64,000 nt of DNA from Dendrobates tinctorius (taxonomy: Eukaryota), in NCBI RefSeq assembly GCF_039654945.1, contig NW_027361677.1, positions 5,580,001 through 5,644,000 of the forward strand, in the 5' to 3' direction. The position numbers and the translations under genes are program-made. Shown in pieces: positions 46,278 through 57,722 of the stretch. The notes under the pieces were generated by a model, which saw only the letters and a list, made by a program, of their open reading frames with translations, ran no database searches and was not told where the DNA came from. The stretch's first letter is position 1. Every line of letters starts with the position of its first letter.

Positions 46278-47997
46278 TAACTCTAACATTCTGTGATTCT
46301 ATACAGAAACTTGATGGAGTAGATGATGATGGTGATGGCTTCTCAGATCTCGGCTTTCACTGGTGTTGGTTTTGGAAATCCAGGTCTGGATCACATATAT
46401 TTTAGAGAAGATTAGCAGGAATGTGTGCAGTTTGATCTGTCTAATCATAATTCTCCTGAATTCCTCTAGGATGTTCATCTTACAACACTGTGTTCAACCA
46501 TATTGCCTTCTGTCCTTCCATGTGCAGGTAAGTGAACTCCAGGCTTTGCTCATTTCACCTCGGTCCACTGCCCTTTGTTGTGCTCCTCACCGAGATTTGC
46601 AGGTTGCCTGGTGTGGCTCAGTGACATCATCTCCCTTATACCATTTAAGGTCCCCTAAGACAAACACTTGCATCCTAGTATAAATACTTTATTTCTTTAT
46701 CGCCTTATTGGGGGACACAGATTACCATGGGTGTATGCTGCTGGTGCTAGGAGGCTGACACTATGCAAAACAAGAAAATTATCTCCTCCCCGGCAGTATA
46801 CACCCACCGACAGGCACCAAGTACCTCAGTTTGTGCTTAGTGTCTGTAGGAGGCGGACCGGGATCTCCCCAGATCCGCATGTAACAAATTCTTTTTCCTT
46901 TCAGGTTTTAGTTGTGTGTATTAATTTTTTTCAATTTATTTTTCAGATTCAGCATCAGGAAACAGGATGTGAGTTCATCCTGCTTTTCCATATCAGGCGG
47001 CTGAGCGAGCAATGTGGTATTGCCCACATCGTAACTCTCAGGACCGCAGGCAGGACCTTCCCCTATCACCCTCGGGTGCTATGGGCTATTGACGGATGGC
47101 CGGTCCTAGCCGATTCCCCTCCTCATCCCTCTCCTGGGACAGGGCTGAGAGGAAAACGGCGGTCGCCAGCGGTGACGTTTCCCCTGCCAGCATGAGTTTG
47201 GCGCCGTCTTCTGCACCATACGGACATGGTGCGGGTACAGAGGATCGCTTCTCCCAGCAGCTTGCTCTATCTTGGGCCCCTGTGGTCATCCTCTTCAGGG
47301 ACGTCAGGTAAGCTGATCTGTCCCCTCCAGCCCCGTTCTCAAAAATGGACCCATGTTGACCCATTCAGCCCCATCACAGGCAGTACAGCGCCCCCTGTTT
47401 GAAATACCCGCCCTGCAGTCTCTCCACATTAATGTTATCAGGATCGGTGCCTCTCAGGGCCGATTTGAATTTCCCGCCCCTTTTTTCACCGGGTGCTCTG
47501 TCAGACGCGCGCCTCTTCTGCTATCACCGGGGGGTCCAGCGGTGGTTTCCGGCCGAGGGCAGCAACCTACCCGGTACCTTCACTGTCCCTGCGGCTTCAC
47601 TGGCTCCAGGCGCGCCGTCGCATGTTAGTGCAGAGGCAAACGCTTTCACTTTCAGTTTGAAAGCTTCCTCTTCCCTCTCTGCGCACGCTTTCTTCGCTCG
47701 CTTTTTAACCCATCACAGGCTGCTTTCACTTCAGCGCTGTCAGTCTGACCTTAACCGCGCCTCCCCTCGGTCCTCTTCCAATCACGTGGCTCGGCGGTTA
47801 AGCCCCGCCCACCGCTAGCGTTTCCTGTCATTTCTGGATATCATCTTCTCTCCCTTCACCGGATCTCTTCCTGGGGGACACAACGGTGTTTTGCTCCGCA
47901 TCTGAACCTTGGTAGGCTCGGCGCTTCTACAGTCTGACGCTATAATTAGCTCTCCACGGCAGTTCCCTATCAGATAGCGCTACTACCGCATAGACAT

Positions 47998-50976
47998 ATG
48001 CCCAATCCTGCAGGGGCTCTCTGTTCTTGACCCACCGCTATTCACTATGCCTGCATGCGCTGTAAAAAGAAGTGGGCATCAGGTCAGTCGTCTCCTTTTT
48101 GCCCGTCCTGCAGCCCTTCCACCATGTCTGCCCCTCAGGAGCACTCCGAGCCCCGGAATGAGAGCACCCCACCCCCTGAGTGGGCCGTTGCAATGTCTCA
48201 GTCGGTCTCTGATCTGACTAAAGTTTCTCAGTCTCTGGTCCAGGTCTTAGAACGGTTACCCCAGCTATCTACAGCCACCTGTGCGCCGACCGCCCCTCAC
48301 GGTGAGTCGCCTGCACCTGACCACGACCTTCAGATGGGCAGGCTGGGTAGGGGCTCTAGGAAGCGGGCTCTGTCTGGCTCTTCTTCCAGCTCGCAAGGTC
48401 CTTCCGCTTCTCTCATGCTACGCTCCTCGTCTCCCTCATCAGCAGACGACCCTAGGTCAGACGAGGATTCCCAATCTGGATCTGACTCAGAGGCGGACAA
48501 CATAGCTAGAACTCGGGACATGGTGGATAGTCTCTTATCGGCTATATTCCAAACTCTCAAGATAAAGGAGGATAAGGCACCCCCTCAGGAATGCTCTGTT
48601 TCTTTTAAGAGAGCGAGGCCTCCCTCTCGAACCTTTCCTAATCACAAGGAGTTCGACACTTCCTTAGCCAATCACTGGCAACATCCTGAGAAACGTTTTT
48701 CAGGCCGCAAGTACTTAGATGTGCTATATCCCTTCGATGCAGATCTAGTCACAAAATGGACCAAAGCTCCCGAGGTAGATCCACCAGTTTCCCGTCTGTC
48801 TTCTAAGACGGTTCTGTCCCTTCCGGACGGAGCTTCGCTTAAAGATCCGAAAGACAGGCAAATAGAATGGTTGGCTAAGTCAATTTTTGAGGCATCCGGC
48901 GCCTCCCTCTGTCCTATTTTCGCCTCCGCTTGGGTGGCGAAAGTCATTTCAGCTTGGGCAAAAATTCTTCGCAAGGGCATTTCGACGGCAGCACCTCAAG
49001 ACGAGCTGGCAGATTTAGCAGACCAGATTAATCATGCGGGTAAATACCTTTTGGCCGCCTCCTTGGACACGGCTGGGTGCGTAGCAAGAGCTAACAGCAA
49101 CATAGTAGCCATACGTAGCATCCTTTGGTTGAAGTCGTGGAGTGCGGACACCACCTCAAAAAACTCGCTCACCAACCTGGCGTTTCACGGCTCTAGGCTC
49201 TTTGGCGCCAAGCTGGATCAGATAATCTCGGATGCCACTGGTGGTAAGAGTACTTCCCTTCCTCAGTCCCGGCCTAGAAGGTTTTTTAACAGGAAAGCTT
49301 CTCGGCCGTTCAGGTCCTTTCGCCCTTTCTCTCCCGCAGAAGGTTCATCCCAGCAGGACCGGCCCTCCGCTTCCAGAGACAGGAGAAAACCATCTTATAA
49401 ACCCGCCCCCCGCTGGAGATCAAGAGGTCAGCCCTCCTTCAAGATGGAGTCTCTGCGCTCGGTAATAGCCTCGATGGAACCCGGAGAGTTCCTCTGCTCT
49501 GTGGACATACAGGATGCCTACCTCCACATCCCTATTTGTTTGCAACATCAGAGATTTCTCCGCTTTGTGATTCAGGACAATCACTACCAGTTCACGGCCC
49601 TTCCCTTCGGCCTAGCCTCCGCTCCCCGTGTCTTTACGAAGGTGATGGCAACAGTCATGGCCATCCTTCGATCCAGGGGGATTCTCATCATCCCTTACCT
49701 GGACGTACTCCTGATCAAGGGCTCGTCCCGCCAAGACTGTCTTCAAAGTCTTCAGATAACCCTGGATGCTCTCGGACGCCTCGGATGGATAGTCAACAAG
49801 GAGAAGTCCATCCTGCACCCTACCCAGCGTCTGACCTTTTTGGGTATGGAATTCGACACGAATCTAGCCCGGGTGTTTCTACCGAGGGACAAGTTTTCAA
49901 CCCTTTGCAAGGGAATCCGATCCCTAAAACGCTCGAGGATCATGTCCCTTCTTTCCTGCATGAGGGTCCTGGGGAAGATGATAGCTTCCATGGAAGCAGT
50001 GCCTTTCGCACAATTTCACTCTCGCCCTCTCCAGCTGTTCCTCCTTTCAGTCTGGGACAAGACTTCGTTTTCTCTGGACCGCCCCATCCTCCTTCTGCTC
50101 AGAGTCAGACAATCGCTGACTTGGTGGACTTGGCCGGCGCCAGTTCTCCAGGGAAGGTCCTTTCTTCCGCCTCAGTGGCAAGTCATCACCACCGATGCCA
50201 GTCTCCTGGGATCGGGGGCGGTTTACCATCGGAAAACAGCCCAAGGGCACTGGAGCGCCCAGGAGGCTCTTCTTCCCATCAACCTTCTGGCGATCAGAGC
50301 AATCTTCCTTGCTCTCCTTCATAGGCAGCCTCTCCTCGTTGGCAAACCAGTCTGCATTCAGTCAGACAACGCCACGGCAGTGGCGTACATAAACCACCAG
50401 GGCGGTACTCACAGCAGGCAGGTAATGTCAGAAGTGGCGAAGATACTGCGTTGGGCAGAGCGTCACGTTCCGGCGATCTCCGCCATTCACATTCCAGGGG
50501 TGGAGAATTGGGCAGCCGACTTCTTAAGTCGCCAGGGTCTAGCGTCAGGCGAATGGTCCCTTGATCCCACAGTCTTCAATCAGATATGCCAGCGTTGGGG
50601 CACCCCAGACGTCGATCTCATGGCATCTCGGATGAACAACAAAGTTCCTCACTTTGTATCCAGGTCCAGGGATCCTCTAGCCGTTGGTTGCGACGCCCTG
50701 GTAATTCCGTGGTCCCAGTTCCAACTGCCTTACCTGTTTCCTCCCCTTGCCCTAATCCCAAGGGTGGTCAAAAAGATAAAATCAGAGGGCATCCCAGTCA
50801 TTCTGATGACTCCAGACTGGCCAAGACGTCCTTGGTACGCGGAGTTGGTGAACATGCTCGCGGACGTCCCCTGGAGGCTTCCAGACCGTCCAGATCTTCT
50901 CTCACAAGGCCCCCTTTACCACCAGAATTCTCAGTCTCTTAGTTTAACGGCATGGCCGTTGAGGCCGCAATTCTGA
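47998..50976 (+). pseudogene. DIRS C fused gag / partial RT-RNaseH-MT frame (973 aa open from 48055)
   Basis: Likely true ATG at 47998 with in-frame TGA at 48028; gag joins RT at RGQPS|FKMES; catalytic YLDD reads YLDV. Confidence 0.88.
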
Positions 50977-52001
50977 GAGAATCGGGGTTTTCCAGCCGGG
51001 TCATTCAAACCATGATCGGAGCTAGGAAGCCAGCCTCCTTCCGCATTTACCATAGCTACGGGAAGGCATTTTTCCGTTGGTGCGATGATAACGATGTTTT
51101 TCCATTGTCGTTCTCCATTCCATCCATACTTGGCTTCCTCCAGTCCAGTTTGGATGCGGGCCTGTCTCTCAGTACCCTCAAAGGCCAGGTGTCTGCCCTG
51201 GCAATTCTCTTCCAGAAGGATCTAGCTTCCTTACCGCAGGTGAAGACTTTTCTCCAAGGAGTCGCCCATGTGGCTCCTCCTCATCATTCTCCGATAGATC
51301 TGTGGGATCTCAATCTCGTTCTTGGCGCTCTCCAAAAGGCGCCGTTCGAACCAATCCAGGACATTCCTCTGTCCCTTCTCTCATGGAAGGTGGCTTTTCT
51401 AGTCGCCATTACATCCATCAGGAGAGTTTCTGAGCTGGCGGCTTTATCCTGTCGTTCCCTGTACCTAATCTTCCACCAAGATAAGGTCGTTCTCAGGCCA
51501 GTTCCTTCCTTCCTTCCAAAGGTGGTATCCCCCTTTCACATTAACGAAGATATCGTCCTTCCATCGTTTTGTCCTGCGCCTGCTCATCCTCTGGAAAAGT
51601 CGCTCCACAAACTGGATGTAGTGAGAGCCTTGCGAGTTTATCTTGCCAGGACCACTTCTTTTCGCCAATCCGACTCCCTGCTTGTCATCTCTTAAGGTCG
51701 CCGGAAAGGGCTTCCGGCATCCAAATCCACAATTGCTCGCTGGATTCGTTCTACCATCCTGGAAGCCTACCGACTTCAGGAAAAACAGCCCCCTCCGGGA
51801 TTGAGAGCCCTCTCCACCCGGGCTGTAGGGGCTTCTTGGGCTGTGCGACACCAGGCTTCGGCCTTACAACTTTGCAGAGCCGCGACCTGGTCGTCTTTGC
51901 ACACCTTTGCGAGATTCTACAGGGTTCATACCCAGGCCTCGTCTGATGCAGCTCTTGGTAGGAAGGTTCTGCAGGCGGCGGTCGCACATTGGCCGACCTA
52001 A
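50952..52001 (+). pseudogene. DIRS C tyrosine recombinase with premature stop
   Basis: AITSIRRVSEL; TAA near 51693; HSTR reads LSTR; TFARFY. Confidence 0.9.
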
Positions 52002-52669
52002 GTCCCTCCTTCTTTCGTTCCTTTCTGGCTGTTCCCACCCTCGGGACTGCTTTGGAACGTCCCATGGTAATCTGTGTCCCCCAATAAGGCGATAAAGAAA
52101 GAGGGATTTTGGGTTCTTACCGTAAAATCTCTTTCTTGGAGCCTTAATTGGGGGATACAGCACCCTCCCTGTTTAAGTTGTACCGTGTTGGGTCTTCGAG
52201 TCCCTTGTTGGGTTGGTACATATGTTCATAGTTTTTGGTTGCTTCTCCTACTTCTTTCTCACCAACTGAGGTACTTGGTGCCTGTCGGTGGGTGTATACT
52301 GCCGGGGAGGAGCTAATTTTCTTGTTTTGCATAGTGTCAGCCTCCTAGCAGCAGCAGCATACACCCATGGTAATCTGTGTCCCCCAATGAAGGCTCGAAG
52401 AAAGAGATTTTATGGTAAGAACCCAAAATCCCTCTTTTCCAGTGTTTGGTGTGCTCCAGCTTTTATCCTTCATGCCTACAGCTCAGCAGGTTAACCCTTG
52501 TTTTGCCATCCCTGCACTGACCCTTGCTTCATTCCACTGCATATGTACTTCTGGTACTGAGTCTCCTGTATGTGCCCTGGGACTCGTGTGCTCACCCAGA
52601 CCTGGGAATTGGAGGAACCACCTCACTAAGTGAGCCTAAAGAAGGTGAAGAAGCAGTCACTAATTTCTG

Positions 52670-54800
52670 TTTGACCATGTTCAGTAGGTGAAGGAGCAGC
52701 TGCTTCCTACTGTCTGTCCATGTCCAGTAGGTGAAGGAGCAGCTGCTTCCTTCTGTCTGTCCATGTTTAGGTAGGTGAAGGAGCAGCTGCTTTGCTTTCT
52801 GTCTGTCCATATCCAGTAGGTGTAGGAGCAGCCGCTTCCTTCTGTCTGTCCATGTCCAGTAGGTGAAGGAAGGCTGCTTCCTTCTGTCTGTCCATATCCA
52901 GTAGGTGAAGGAGCAGCCAGTTTCTCCTGTCTGTCCATGTCTAGGTAGGTAAAGGAGCAGCTGATTCCTTCTGTCTGTCCATGTCCAGTAGGTGAAGGAG
53001 CAGCCGCTTCCTTCTTTCTGTTCATATCTAAGTAGGTGAAGGAGCAGCCGCTTCCTTCTGTCTGTCCATGTCCAGTAGGTGGAGGAGCAGTTGCTTCCTT
53101 CTGTCTGTCTATGTCCAGTAGGTGAAGGAGTAGCCTCTTTCTCCTGCCTGTCCATGTCCAGTAGATAGAGGAGCAGTTGCTTCCTTCTGTCTGTCCATGT
53201 CTAGGTAGGTGAAGGAGCAGCTGCTTCTTTCTGTCAGTCCATGTCCAGTAGGTGAAGGAGCAGCCGCTTCATTCTGTTTGTCCATGTCTAGGTAGGTGAA
53301 GGAGCAGCCGCTTCCTTCTGTCTGTCTATGTCCAGTAGGTGGAGGAGCAGTTGCTTCCTTCTGTCTGTCTATGTCCAGTAGGTGAAGGAGGAGCTGCTTC
53401 CTTCTGTCTGTCCATGTCTAGGTAGGTGAAGGAGCAGCTGCTTCCTTCTGTCTGTCCATATCCAGTAGGTGAAGGAACATCTGCTTTGTTTTCTGTCTGT
53501 CCATGTCCAGTAGGTGGAGGAGCAGTTGCTTTCTTCTGTCTGTCCATATCCAATAGGTAAAGGAGCAGCTGCTTCCTTCTGTCTCTCCTTATCCAGTAGG
53601 TGGAGGAGCAGCTGCTTTGCTTTCTGTCTGTCCATATCCAGTAGGTGAAGGAGCAGCTGCTTCCTTCTGTCTGTCCATATCCAATAGGCGAAGGAGCAGC
53701 CACTTTCTTCTGTCTGTCCATGTCCAGGTAGGTGAAGAAGAAGCAGCCTCTTCCTTCTGTCTGTAAGGAGGACCCTGCTTCTTTCTGTGTGTACATGTCC
53801 AGGAAAGCGAAGGAGCAGCTGCTTCCTTCTGTCAGTCCATGTCCAGTAGGTGATGGAGCAGCCGCTTCCTTCTGTTTGTCCATGTCTAGGTAGGTGAAGG
53901 AGCAGCCGCTTCCTTCTGTCTGTCCATGTTCAGTAGGTGGAGGAGCAGTTGCTTCCTTCTGTCTATCTATGTCCAGTAGGTGAAGGAGCAGCTGCTTCCT
54001 TCTGTCTGTCCATGTCCAGTAGGTGAAGGAGCAGCTGCTTCCTTCTGTCTGTCTGTGTCCCGTAGGTGGAGGAGCAGCTGCTTCCTTCTGTCTGTCTGTG
54101 TCCCGTAGGTGGAGGAGCAGCTGCTTCCTTCTGTCTGTCCATTTCTAGGTAGGTGAAGGAGCAGCTGCTTCCTTCTGTCTGTCCATATCCAGTAGGTGAA
54201 GGAGCAGCTGCTTCCTTCTGTCAGTCCATGTCCTGTAGGTGATGGAGCAGCCGCTTCCTTCTGTTTGTCCATGTCTAGGTAGGTGAAGGAGCAGCCGCTT
54301 CCTTCTGTCTGTCCATGTTCAGTAGGTGGAGGAGCTGCTTCCTTCTGTCTGTCCATGTCCAGTAGGTGAAGGAGCAGCTGCTTCCTTCTGTCTGTCCATG
54401 TCCAGTAGGTGAAGGAGCAGCTGCTTCCTTCTGTCTGTCTGTGTCCCGTAGGTGGAGGAGCAGCTGCTTCCTTCTGTCTGTCTGTGTCCCGTAGGTGGAG
54501 GAGCAGCTGCTTCCTTCTGTCTGTCCATTTCTAGGTAGGTGAAGGAGCAGCTGCTTCCTTCTGTCTGTCCATATCCAGTAGGTGAAGGAGCAACCTTTTC
54601 CTTCTGTCTGTCCATATCCAGTAGGCGAAGGAGCAGCCACTTTCTTCTGTCTGTCTGTCCATGTCCAGGTAGGTGAAGAAGGAGCAGCCTCTTCCTTCTT
54701 TCTGTAAGGAGGAGCCTGCTTCTTTCTGTCTGTACATGTCCAGGAAAGTGAAGGAGCAGCTGCTTCCTTCTGTCTGTCCTTCTTTCTATCCATATCCAGT
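52670..54800. repeat. 43/44-bp minisatellite with palindromic core, about 48 copies
   Basis: Unit GTAGGTGAAGGAGCAGCTGCTTCCTTCTGTCTGTCCATGTCCA. Confidence 0.96.
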
Positions 54801-55043
54801 AAGAGAAGGGCTGAAGTAACAGAGGCTTTGGATCTACCATAGTCCTACTGCCCCGATTTGCATACTAATTCAAATGCTGATTTCTCAGTAATGGAGGACT
54901 GGACTGACCATGTAATGGTGTTGCTAGACTTGTCTTTGGAAGAATGACATGCACATATGCAGTATATAGTTTGGGGGGTGAAATACTTCTGCTAGATTCC
55001 CTTTTACCAGATGCATTAGAGTGGCATCTGTCCTCATTAGACT

Positions 55044-55136
55044 AATATTGATTCAATTTGACAGCACCTATTCAAGAGGCAATTATAGTCTAATGAATTG
55101 CCTCTTGAATAGTTGCTGTCAAATTGAATCAATATT
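55044..55136. repeat. 41-bp near-perfect inverted repeat, 11-nt loop
   Basis: 55044-55084 vs 55096-55136, one mismatch. Confidence 0.9.
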
Positions 55137-56930
55137 AATCTGTGGGTAACAGAGACCACCGGTAGTCATAGCCACTGTGTAATGTGTATGTGAGGGGCCA
55201 TGAGCTTTACACACATATTTTTTTTTTATATGATGCCCAGATACTTAAATCATTACAATTCAACCATTTATAATTTTATTATTAAATACATTAAATAAAT
55301 ACAATTGATTTTATCATTTTCCCAGATTCACAGTGTTTTCAGGCCCTAGACCTCCAGCAGACTGGTAGGTGGGTGGTCTTCTCTTAATCATCAGATCGTC
55401 TGATAGACAATATATCACATATACAATATATTTATACAGCATATTATTCCCTAATAAAGAGGCACATTAGTTGTCTGACTACCAGACATAGACATTGCCC
55501 TACATATATCAGGATTCTAAGTGCTCAGCAACAAGATACCAATAACTAAACAAGACACAATAAGGCATAATGTGCATTATCAGGACTGATAAAGAAGAAA
55601 TAAAAATAGCACGTTGTACTAAAGAAATCAAAGATTAGACCAATAGGGCAGGTGAATATATTAAACTTAAAGTATAATTTCACTTATTCACTGGTTTAAG
55701 TGCTTTTCTTTACTCATTGCTTTTGACATATTTTAGTATCTGATTATGTCTTTTTCTCATATATTATATACAAAGCTGGTTCAATTGGACGAGGCCACAT
55801 CATCCTCTATCAGTGGCCTTTTTCAGGTCTGGTGAGCTGTGCAGTCTGTAATGAAGGCTGTGCTATCAAGGGCAGGAGGAAAACTGGAATATTTACATAT
55901 TAGTAAGGGTTTTTTCAGATGTCCGTCGGGATCATCCGTCGGATTGCAATGGACTGGGCGCACTTCTCCTGACCCCGAGCGTGACAGCTTCATAGAAATA
56001 TATGAAGGGAGCACACTCGGGTCAGGAGATGTGCGGCCAGTCCGTGCATTGCGATCCGACATCAGACTGATGATCACGGACATCTAAAAGATCCCTAAGT
56101 TCAATAACATCATGACCCAAACACATCTGATGAATCAAAAATAAAATGGACAATGCCTATAATAGCAGATAATATTTAGCAGCACAGTTCCTCTTTGTCA
56201 AGAAAGTCAGCTGGAGTAAGGAGTCATATAAGCCAGGCAATGCATCCTGGCATGCAAATTATTGGAGGTAGGAAAGTAATGTCGTGCATCAAGAAGCAAA
56301 TGTTTCTTTACGAAAATTGTCAGGAATGTTGTAGAATTTTTCAGAGGTAGAATTTCTCTTTAAAGTGAAAATAGGTAATATGTGGCTGATGATAGGCCTT
56401 ATTTCTCTTTGCAGAAGAATTGTTTTCATAGCAAAGACTTTATTTTTACAAAATTAAGAACATTATAAACCAAAAAAAAAGAAACTGGACTGGTGACAGG
56501 TTTGTCCAAGAAACTATCTCCATTGCTGTTTTTGTATGAAGACACCACTTTCTGATTCTTAGGCCTCATTCAGACGTCTTTTTATTTTTTGGGGTATGAA
56601 AAAAGAACCATTGTTCATCAGTGAGCTTGATCTGATTTTCATCTATTTTTGGTCCATGCGTCCGCTTTTATTACCAAGCTGCCATCTTTTTTTTATAGAA
56701 AGGCGGCTTAAAAACAGCCAAGTTTCTGTATCTAATCTAAGTATTGGACTGAGGTGATTTTGGAGTGACCTGCCTTGCTGGTCTCCTGGATCTCACCCGA
56801 TGGTAAATATCAGGGGTTCTTAAATTTCAGGTTCTGTCATCTTTCTTCACTGAGAATTAATGCACAGTCATCCGAGTTTAGTGTGCACGTTTACTGAGGC
56901 GGGCGAAGGGAAAAGTTGTGGGACAAATAA

Positions 56931-57258
56931 GGCTACAGCTGTCTTAAGGTGTATGGTGACCTTGTGAAGTCACAAACAAGGCTACAGCTGTCTTAGATGT
57001 ATGGCTACCTTATGGAGTCACAAGCAAGGCTACAGCTGTCTAAAATGTATGGCTACCTTATGGAGTCACAAGCCAGGCTACAGCTGTCTAAGGTGTATGG
57101 CTACCTTATGGAGTCACAAGCAAGGCTACAGCTGTCTAAGATGTATGGCTACCTTATGGAGTCACAAGCCAGGCTACAGCTGTCTAGGTGTATGGCTACC
57201 TTATGGAGTCACAAGCCAGGCTACAGCTGTCTAGGTGTATGGCCACCTTATGGAGTCA
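56931..57258. repeat. 48-bp minisatellite, about 7 copies, ~300 bp past the BCO1-like stop
   Basis: Unit GGCTACAGCTGTCTAAGATGTATGGCTACCTTATGGAGTCACAAGCAA. Confidence 0.93.
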
Positions 57259-57567
57259 TAATTCCTGAGAATGTTTGTAGAGGGTGGGGATATGTAGTAA
57301 GCTATATTCTAGCTCTTTGGTCAATATTTGGGGGCATACTTTAGTGGATGAAATTGTTCAGATTTGATAGGACAAAATTCTGATGCCCTAAAGGCTTTCT
57401 GAAGGTTGCATAAATTGAGAATATGTCTCCAGCTCCTACAGACGATCTGCAATTTTGCAACAGCTGGAGAGTCTTCTAGATTGAATCACAATGTCCTCTA
57501 CGTCCTGTAAAATTTTGTGAAGTCTAATATATCGGTCCCATGTGTGTCCACTCCTTCAGGTCGTAGC

Positions 57568-57722
57568 TCATTTATTGTCCGGGATAAAGATGCCGTGCAG
57601 GTCCAGGTGAACATCCGCATTGACACTGGCACGTCCCACTTCTTTGAAGGTCTTGGCATCCAAAATAAGTAAGAACGAGGATTTCTTAGGATCAGAAGAT
57701 ACAATGGCAGACAATATAATTC
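57568..57722 (-). CDS. bco1: BCO1-family last coding exon
   Basis: IILSAIVSSDP...LDAKTF...DLHGIFIPDNK-TGA, 155 nt. Confidence 0.9.

Larger units (their letters stand above)
42730..46302 (+). mobile_element. CR1 LINE 3' fragment split by two insertions (pieces ~42730-43127, 43487-43814, 46281-46302)
   Basis: EKDLGILID..LNMSQQC..LVRPHLEYCVQFWAP..LSYEERL / SLQKRRLRGDL; 3' end GGTCCCTTC-TAA-CTCTAACATTCTGTGATTCT. Confidence 0.9.
46692..52437 (+). mobile_element. DIRS1-type retrotransposon C (internally deleted)
   Basis: TTT at both ends; ITRs ~46707-46831 and ~52264-52388; ICR ~52061-52160 (GGCGATAAAG-AAA-GAGGGATTTT). Confidence 0.96.

Noticed and set aside
47000-47160. CTGAGCGA and CTGAGAGGAAA as hammerhead cores in the DIRS C leader
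   Set aside because: Do not fit CUGAnGA...GAAA...NUH; the bases are taken up by ordinary stems
52592-54840. CRISPR-like palindromic repeats and repetitive ORFs
   Set aside because: No unique spacers, no cas genes, vertebrate context; it is a minisatellite
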